Part shown: piece after piece, positions 54,866-64,000 of the stretch | How positions within the stretch are numbered: position 1 is the stretch's first letter | How the letters are laid out: each line of letters begins with the position of its first letter | Source: Haliotis cracherodii | Taxonomy: Eukaryota | Length of the DNA: 64,000 bases | NCBI RefSeq assembly: GCF_022045235.1 | Contig: NW_027266319.1 | Location: forward strand, 66,154,001 to 66,218,000 | Direction: 5' to 3' | Notes under the pieces: generated by a model | Database searches by the model: none | The model's input: the letters and a program-made list of their open reading frames with translations, nothing else | What the model was told of the DNA's origin: nothing | Translations under genes and position numbers: made by a program

Positions 54866-55467
54866 ACCGCGGTTCTGAGAATGATAAAAGCCAAAACACC
54901 ACCCGGGTACAGTGGTTATGAGAATGATCAAAGCCCAACACCACCAGGGTAGAGTCGCTCTGGGAATGATCACAGCCCAACACCATCAGGGCACAGTGGC
55001 TCTGAGAATGATCGAAGCCAAACACCATCAGGGCACAGTGGTTCTGAGAATAATCAAGCCAAACATCAGCAGAGTACAGTGGATCTGAGAATGATCAAAG
55101 CACAAACACTAGCTGGGTACACTGGTTCTGAGAATGATCAAAGCCCAACATCATCAGGGCACAGTGGTTCTGAGAATGATCAAAGCCCAAACACTAGCTG
55201 GGTACACTGGTTCTGAGAATGATCAAACCAAACGTGAGCAGGGCACAGTTGTTCTGAGAATGATCAAAGCCCAAACACCACCAGGGTACAGTGGTTCTGA
55301 GAATGATCAAACCGAACATCAGCAGGGTAAACTGATTCTGAGAATGACCAAAGCCCAACACAACCAGGGCACAGTTGTTCTGAGAATGACCAAACCGAAC
55401 ATCAGCAGGGAACAGTGGTTCTGAGAATCATCAAAGCCCAACACCTAGAGGGTACAGTGGCTCCGAG

Positions 55468-55632
55468 TGAGTGAGTGAGTATGGTTTTACACCGCTTTTA
55501 GCAATATTCCAGCAATATCACGGCGGGGGACACCAGAAATGGGCTTCACACATTGTACCCATGTCGGGAATCAAACCCGGGTCTTTGACGTAACAAGCGA
55601 ACACTTTAACCACTAGGCTACCCGACTGCCCC
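55468..55632 (-). mobile_element. SINE within the 42-bp satellite (copy b)
   Basis: Same family and same insertion point. Confidence 0.93.
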
Positions 55633-56026
55633 ACAGTGGTTATGAGAAGATCAAAGCCAAAACACCACCCGGGTACAGTGGTTATGAGAATGATCAAAGC
55701 CCAACACCACCAGGACACAGTGGTTTTGAGAATTATCAAAGCCCAAAACCACCAGGGTACAGTGGTTCTGAGAAAGATCAAATCCCAAACATCTTCAGGG
55801 TATAGTTGATTTGATAATGCTCAAAGCCCAACACATCTGGGCACAGTGGTTCTGAGAATGATCAAAACCCAACATCATCTGGGCACAGTGGCTCTGAGAA
55901 TGATCAAAGCCCAAACACCACCAGTGTACACAGGCTCTGAGAATGATCAGAGCCCAAACACCATCAGGGCACAGTTGCTCTGAGAATGATCAAAGCCCAA
56001 CACCTAGAGGGTACAGTGGTTCTGAG

Positions 56027-56191
56027 TGAGTGAGTGGGTATGGTTTTGCACCGCTTTTAGCAATATTCCAGCAATATCACGGCGGGGGACACCAGAAATG
56101 GGCTTCACACATTGTACCCATGTCGGGAATCGAACCCGGGTCTTTGGCGTAACAAGCGAACGCTTTAACCACTAGGCTACCCGACTGCCCC
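56027..56191 (-). mobile_element. SINE within the 42-bp satellite (copy c)
   Basis: TSD ACAGTGGTTCTGAG / ACAGTGCTTCTGAG. Confidence 0.93.
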
Positions 56192-56984
56192 ACAGTGCTT
56201 CTGAGAATAATAAAAGCCAAAACACAGCCCGGGTACAGTGGTTATGAGAATGATCAAAGCCAAAAAATACTCAGGGTAAAGTGGTTCTGAGAATGATCAA
56301 AGCCCAAATCCATCAGGGCATATTGGCTCTAACAATGATCAAAGCCCAAACACCACCAGTGTACACAGGCTCTGAGAATGATCAAAGCCCAAACACCATC
56401 AGGGAACAGTGATTCTGAGAGTGATCAAAACCCAATACATCAAGGCACAGTGGCTCTGAAAATGATAAAAGCCCAACACCATCAGCACACAGTTGTTCTG
56501 AGAATAATCAACCACCGGCACCATCAGGGCACAAAATACTCACGGCACAGTGGTTCTGAGATTGATCAAAGCCCAAACACCACCCGGGCACAGTGGTTTT
56601 GGGAATAATCATAGCCCAAACACCACCAGGGCACAGTGGTTATGAGAATGATCAAAGCCCAACACCACCAGGACACAGTGGTTTTGAGAATTATCAAAGC
56701 CCAAAACCACCAGGGTACAGTGGTTCTGAGAAAGATCAAATCCCAAACATCTTCAGGGTATAGTTGATTTGAGAATGCTCAAAGCCCAACACATCTGGGC
56801 ACAGTGGTTCTGAGAATGATCAAAACCCAACATCATCTGGGCACAGTGGCTCTGAGAATGATCAAAGCCCAAACACCACCAGTGTACACAGGCTCTGAGA
56901 ATGATCAGAGCCCAAACACCATCAGGGCACAGTTGCTCTGAGAATGATCAAAGCCCAACACCTAGAGGGTACAGTGGTTCTGAG

Positions 56985-57143
56985 TGAGTGAGTGAGTATG
57001 GTTTTACACCGCTTTTAGCAATATTCCAGCAATATCACGGCGGGGGACACCAGAAATGGGCTTCACACATTGTACCCATGTCGGGAATCGAACCCGGGTC
57101 GTAACAAGCGAACGCTTTAACCACTAGGCTACCCGACTGCCCC
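56985..57143 (-). mobile_element. SINE within the 42-bp satellite (copy d, small deletion)
   Basis: Flanks identical to copy c, 958 bp downstream. Confidence 0.93.
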
Positions 57144-60100
57144 ACAGTGCTTCTGAGAATAATAAAAGCCAAAACACAGCCCGGGTACAGTGGTTATGAG
57201 AATGATCAAAGCCAAAAAATACTCAGGGTAAAGTGGTTCTGAGAATGATCAAAGCCCAAATCCATCAGGGCATATTGGCTCTAACAATGATCAAAGCCCA
57301 AACACCACCAGTGTACACAGGCTCTGAGAATGATCAAAGCCCAAACACCATCAGGGAACAGTGATTCTGAGAATGATCAAAACCCAATACATCAAGGCAC
57401 AGTGGCTCTGAAAATGATAAAAGCCCAACACCATCAGCACACAGTTGTTCTGAGAATAATCAACCACCGGCACCATCAGGGCACAAAATACTCAGGGTAA
57501 AGTGGTTCTGAGAATGATCAAAGCCCAAATCCACCAGGGTATATTGGCTCTGAGAATGATCGAAGCTCAACACCATCAGGGTACAGTGGTTCTCAGAATG
57601 ATCAAAGCCCAACAACATCAGGACACAGTGGATCTGAGAATGATCAACGACCGACACCACCAGGACACAGTGGTTCTGAGAATGATCAAAGCCCAAACAC
57701 AAACTGGGTACACTTGTTCTGAAAATGATCAACGCCCAACATCATCAGGGCACAGTGGTTCTGAGAATGATCAAAGCCCAAACACTATCTGGGTACACTG
57801 GTTCTGAGATTGATCAAAGCCAAACAACATCATGGCACACTGGTTCTGAGAATGATCAAAGCCCAACACCACCAGGGTACAGTTGTTCTGTGAATGATTA
57901 AAGCCCAACATCTTCAGGGCACAGTGGTTCTGAGATTGATCAAAGCCCAAACACCACCCGGGCACAGTGGTTTTGGGAATAATCATAGCCCAAACACCAC
58001 CAGGGCACAGTGGTTATGAGAATGATAAAAGAACAACACCATCAGGGTACAGTGGTTCTGGGAATGATCAAAGCCAAACACCACCAGGGCAGAGTGGTTT
58101 TGGGAATAATCATAGCCCAAACACCACCAGAGTGCATTGCTTCTGAGAATGATCAAAGTCCTACAACACCAGGACACAGTGGCTCTGAGAATGATCAACA
58201 ACGGACACCATCAGGGTACAGAGGTTCTGACAATGATAAAAGAACAACACCACCAGGGTACAGTGGTTCTGAGAATGATAAAAGCCCAACACCACCAGGG
58301 CAAAGTGGTTTTGGGAATAATCATAGCCCAAACACCACCAGGATACAGAGGCTCTGAGAATGATCAAAGCCAAACACCACCAGGATACGGGGGCTCTGAG
58401 AATGATCAAAGCCAAACACCATCAGGACACAGTGGATCTGAGATTGATCAACGACCGACACCATCAGGGCAAAGTTGTTTTGAGAATTATCAAAGCCCAA
58501 CACCTTCAGAGCACAGTGCTAATGAGAACGATGAACGACCAACACCATCAGGGCACACTGGTTCTGGGAATGATCAAAGCCAAAACACCACAAGGGTACA
58601 GAGGCTCTGAGAATTATCAAAGCCCAACACCATCAGGACATAGTGACTCTGAGAATGATCAAAGCCCAAACACCACCAGGGTACAGTGGCTCTGAGAAAG
58701 ATCAAAGCACAACACCATCAGGACACAGTGGTTCTGAGAATGATCAACGACCGACACCATCAGGGCAGAGTGGTTCTGAGAATGATCTGAGCGCAACACC
58801 ATCAGGGCACAGTGGCTCTGAGAATGAACAAAGCCCAAAACCATCAGGGTACAGAGGCTCTGAGAAAGATCAAAGACCAACACCACCAGGACACAGTGGT
58901 TCTGAGAATGATCAAATACCGACACCATCAGGGCACAGTGGTTCTGAGAATGATGGAAGCCCAACACCACCAGGGTACAGTGGTTCTTAGAATGATCAAA
59001 GCCCAACATCATCAGGGTACAGCGGTTCTGAGAATGATCAAAGCCCAACACCACCAGGGTACAGTGGTTCTTAGAATAATCAAAGCCCAAACACCACCAG
59101 GGTGCAGTGGTTCTGAGAATGATCAAACCGAACATTAGCAGGGTACACTAATTCTGAGAATGACCAAAGCCCAACACAACCTGGGCACAGTGGGCATGGT
59201 TCTGAGAATGGTCAAACTGAACATTAGCAGGATACACTGATTCTGTGAATGACCAAAGCCCAACACCACCAGGGTGGAGTGGTTCTGAGAATCAGCAAAG
59301 CCCAAACACCACCAGGGTGCAGTGGTTCTGGGAATGAGCAAAGCCCAACACCACCAGGGTACAGAGGCTCTGAGAATGATGGAAGCCCAAACACCACCAG
59401 GATACAGTGGTTCTGAGTATGATCAAACTGAACATTAGCAGGATCCACTGATTCTGTGAATGACCAAAGCCCAACACCACCAGGGTACACTGATTCTTAG
59501 AATGATCTAAGCCCAACACCACCAGGGTGGAGTGGTTCTGAGAATCAGCAAAGCCCAAACACCACCAGGGTGCAGTGGTTCTGGGAATGAGCAAAGCCCA
59601 ACACCACCAGGGTACAGAGGCTCTGAGAATGATGGAAGCCCAAACACCACCAGGGTACAGTGGTTCTGAGTATTATCAAACTGAACATTAGCAGGATCCA
59701 CTGATTCTGTGAATGACCAAAGCCCAACACCACCAGGGTACACTGATTCTGTGAATGACCAAAGCCCAACACCACCAGGGTGGAGTGGTTCTGAGAATCA
59801 GCAAAGCCCAAACACCACCAGGGTGCAGTGGTTCTGGGAATGAGCAAAGCCCAACACCACCAGGGTACAGAGGCTCTGAGAATGATGGAAGCCCAAACAC
59901 CACCAGGGTACAGTGGTTCTGAGTATGATCAAACTGAACATTAGCAGGATCCACTGATTCTGTGAATGACCAAAGCCCAACACCACCAGGGTACACTGAT
60001 TCTGAGAATGGTCAAAGCCCAACACCACCAGGGCACAGTGTTTCTGAGAATGAACAAAGCCCAAACACCACCAGGGTGCAGTGGTTCTGAGAATGATCAA

Positions 60101-62299
60101 ACCGAACACTAGCAGGGTACAGTGGTTCTGAGAATGATCAAACCGAACACCACCAGGGTACAGTGGTTCTGAGAATGATCAAACCGAACACTAGCAGGGT
60201 ACAGTGTTTCTGAGAATGGTCAAAGCCCAACACCACCAGGGTACACTGATTCTGAGAATGGCCAAAGCCCAACACAACGAGGGCACAGTGATTCTGAGAA
60301 TGATCAAACCGAACATCAGCAGGGTACAGTGGTTCTGAGAATGATCAAACCGAACATCAGCAGGGTACAGTGGTTCTGAGAATGATCAAACCGAACATCA
60401 ATAGGGCACAGTGGGTCTGAGAATGAGCAAAGCCCAACACTACCAGGGTACACATTCTGAGAATGATCAAAGCCCAAAACCATCAGGGCAGAGTGGTTCT
60501 GAGATTGATCAAAGCCAAAACACAACCAGGGTACAGTGGTTCTCAGAATGATCAAAGCCCAACACATCTGGGCACAGTGGTTTTGGGAATAATCAAAGCC
60601 CAAACACCACAAGGGTACAGTGGTTCTGAGAAAGCCCAACACCATCAGGACACAGTGGTTCTGAGAATGATCAAAGCCCAAACACTACCAGGGTACAGTG
60701 GCTCTGAGAAAGATCAAAGCCCAACACCATCAGGACACAGTGATTCTGAGAATGATCAACGACCGACACCATCAGGGCACAGTGGTTCTGAGAATGATCA
60801 AAGCCCAACACCACCAGGGTACAGTGGTTCTGGGAATGATCAAAGCCCAACATCATCAGGGCAGTGTGGTTTCGAGAATGATCAAAGCCCAAACACCACC
60901 AGGGTACACTGATTCTGAGAATGGCCAAAGCCCAACACAACGAGGGCACAGTGATTCTGAGAATGATCAAACCGAACATCAGCAGGGTACAGTGGTTCTG
61001 AGAATGATCAAACCGAACATCAGCAGGGTACAGTGGTTCTGAGAATGATCAAACCGAACATCAGCAGGGTACAGTGGTTCTGAGAATGATCAAACCGAAC
61101 ATCAACAGGGCACAGTGGGTCTGAGAATGAGCAAAGCCCAACACTACCAGGGTACACATTCTGAGAATGATCAAAGCCCAAAACCATCAGGGCAGAGTGG
61201 TTCTGAGATTGATCAAAGCCAAAACACAACCAGGGTACAGTGGTTCTCAGAATGATCAAAGCCCAACACATCTGGGCACAGTGGTTTGGGGAATAATCAA
61301 AGCCCAAACACCACAAGGGTACAGTGGTTCTGAGAAAGCCCAACACCATCAGGACACAGTGGTTCTGAGAATGATCAAAGCCCAAACACTACCAGGGTAC
61401 AGTGGCTCTGAGAAAGATCAAAGCCCAACACCATCAGGACACAGTGATTCTGAGAATGATCAACGACCGACACCATCAGGGCACAGTGGTTCTGAGAATG
61501 ATCAAAGCCCAACACCACCAGGGTACAGTGGTTTTGGGAATGATCAAAGCCCAACATCATCAGGGCAGTGTGGTTTCGAGAATGATCAAAGCCCAAACAC
61601 CACCAGGGTACAGTGGTTCTGAGAATGATCAAACTGAGCATCAGCAGGGTACACTGATTCTGAGAATGACCAAAGCCCAACACCTTCCGGGCACAGTGGG
61701 TCTGAGAATGATCAAACCGAACATCAGCAGGGTACAGAGGCTCTGAGAATGATCAAAGCCCAAACACCACCAGGGTACACTGGTTCTGAGAATGATCAAA
61801 CCGAATGATCAGGGTAAACTGATTCTGAGAAGGACCAAAGCCCAACACAACCTGGGCACAGTGGGTCTGAGAATGATCAAACCGAACATCAGCAGGCTAC
61901 AGTGGTTCTGAGAATGATCAAACCGAACATCAGCAGGGTAAACTCATTCTGAGAATGACCAATGCCCAAACACTAACACTATGTTCGAATTGTTACCTTG
62001 TTTCGTTTTGTCGCTGTGTGTACATCGGACCTGACTGAACGTTATGACTGTACTGGCCGACTGTCAACAACGTCTGAAGTGGCCGTGACTTCTCATAGAC
62101 TAGGGGTAGAGTAGTTTCCCTTTGACTAAGGGCAGTTACTCTAGCGGACAGACCAATAGATTGTCCCCAAAGGCAAGTGAAAACAATGCCATTGCGTAAC
62201 TGTTGCTTCGCAACAGTATAAGAAACAGATTTCAGTTGGAACTATATTGCCTACTGTCACTGTCCGACTGACACATAACTTAACCTGTGACGTATAACA

Positions 62300-62430
62300 C
62301 ACTTGCGTGATAACCTCCATGCATGCACGTCAGCAACAAACACAAAACCTCCGACAGCTGGCACAACCACTGCAGGCAGAGTGCATGAACATTCCCCAGG
62401 CCACAATTCGGGATGTGACTGCTTCCATGG
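62300..62430 (+). pseudogene. Tc1 transposase C-terminal fragment
   Basis: QNLRQLAQPLQAECMNIPQATIRDVTASM matches the Tc1 tail L..EW..IP...I..L..SM. Confidence 0.55.
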
Positions 62431-62431
62431 T

Positions 62432-63114
62432 GTATTGAACGACAGTTATGGCGGGCTGACAACTGTTATTGCTTCGCTTATGACATATCTCAAAACGAGG
62501 CCGTTGATTGGGCCGCTTAGAACAATGACAAATATACCAAGACTAATGGCTCAATTGCCATATTTTACATACGCTTCACATTCATACATTACATCCTTCC
62601 CTTTCTGAAAATGTAAAGCTTTGAGGAATAGATGTACAATGTCACACTTAATAAAACATCTGCAAACATGGCAAAGTGTCTTTCTAACGTCACTCTTGTA
62701 TCTGTCCCTGGATATGAGTCGGTGCATCTCATAAAGAATAATCTCTTCAGTCTATGTGCCCTTAATTATATGAGAATAGTATATGTGCTTTCCCACAATT
62801 GTGTAAATTGTACCTGAACTTTTCCATGGTACAATTTTACCAAATAAATGTCACTGCAAAACGGTTAAAACTCTTAGCTTTTCGAGTCTTTGAATATCTG
62901 AACATTGACACAGAGAGATATTGATTGCTTTGGCGTGAAGTTGACGATGAAGTATTGAACGACAGTTATAGCGGCCTGACAACTTTTATTGCTTCGCTTA
63001 TGACATATCTCAAAACGAGGCCGTTGATTGGGCCGCTTAGCACAATGACAAATATACCAAGACTAGTGGCTCAATTGCCATATTTTACATACGTTTCGCA
63101 TACATACATTACAC
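62432..63114. repeat. ~163-bp direct duplication (62432-62594 and 62952-63114)
   Basis: Near-identical sequence; both copies translate as VLNDSY.GLTT.IASLMTYLKTRPLIGPL. Origin unknown. Confidence 0.85.
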
Positions 63115-64000
63115 ATTGGATGATGATGAAAGTCAGTTTTGGACTCTTATGGTGGCCATACAAGATTTTGACCAAGATGACCCCAACAATGAAAATCTAC
63201 TGTTCAGTGTGTGTCACATGGAACCTTTGGTAAATGACAATGCATCCTTCCGAGGCAAGATATTTTCCAAATCATTTAATGTTTTTAATCAAGGAGCTCA
63301 CATGATTTGATGCACTTCGCGATGTAAGACCAGATCAGATCGTCTTGACTGAGTGCATTCTATCATGACGTCATTTCTGGAGATTCGAACATGTTGTAAA
63401 TTGGATGACGTTATGTTTGAGAGGAACATGAATTGTTCCCAAAAATGTGTCTGGGCAACGCAGATAAATTCAATGGCCGAAAAGTGGGAGAGATATGACA
63501 ATCAGGTTTGGGAGAAAAGGGACAGATAATTGACTTGAGATTTGTCAGAATTGGTGGGAAAGACCAAATTTAAACCCATATGTTCATAAAATGACATTGC
63601 CGAGGTCAGATTTGATTCAGGGAATCATCATTTTTTTAATACGGGTAAATATTTTATTAACATCATGAAAGAGGCTGCATATGATATTGATATTCCATAA
63701 ATGACTCGTAGTCGATTTTTATCATACAATAAAACACTAGAGATCGTTTATTTCTAAAATAAAAAGGACAGGGAAACATAGGCCTCTGAGCAGATATATG
63801 TAAATCCCTGCTTAAGAGTCAAGAGTCCCATCACCCGTGATGTGCATGGTATCACAAACAGAGGGTTGCACTGGTCAGAAATTGAAGACCACTTTGTGGT
63901 TCACTAACCCTTGTAACATGAAGCACACGATCAGATCATGAAACATAAATGTTACCATGTCCACCTGGCTTGACAATCAGCAGATGCCTGGTCCCGGGAA

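Larger units (their letters stand above)
52931..61975. repeat. 42/43-bp satellite (ACACCACCAGGGTACAGTGGTTCTGAGAATGATCAAAGCCCA), roughly 200 units with higher-order repeats
   Basis: 42-bp periodicity; higher-order periods of about 675, 958, 253 and 704 bp are visible from repeated ORFs and variant blocks. Confidence 0.97.

Noticed and set aside
52931-61975. CRISPR array or a mucin-like repeat protein (TPPGYSGSENDQSP)n
   Set aside because: No unique spacers and no cas genes. Mixed 42/43-bp units shift frame constantly and SINEs interrupt the array, so it is a satellite.

Overview
Eukaryotic, repeat-dominated window, most likely a mollusc judging from the SINE and retroelement families; the species cannot be fixed from sequence alone. 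Almost all long ORFs are retroelement-derived, and the His/Thr-rich and 'SENDQSP' ORFs are translations of two satellites. From left to right: (i) a decayed chromodomain plus env-like 3' end of a Gypsy element (1-1260); (ii) one clean host exon with a TRADD-N-like domain on the minus strand (2623-2955); (iii) SINEs, two copies of an LTR and a young RNase H LINE; (iv) a 34-bp CA-rich minisatellite (about 12.6-51.4 kb) split by nested insertions; (v) a 9-kb 42-bp satellite carrying four co-amplified copies of one SINE insertion. The insertions in (iv) are a LINE, a near-intact 9.4-kb Gypsy provirus, and a second LINE whose ORF2 is split in-frame. The element that splits it is 12.4 kb long, has CAC...GTG ends and a 3-bp TSD, and looks like a non-autonomous, cargo-carrying CACTA/Chapaev (CMC)-type transposon. 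That element and the env-bearing chromo-Gypsy are the two strongest leads.
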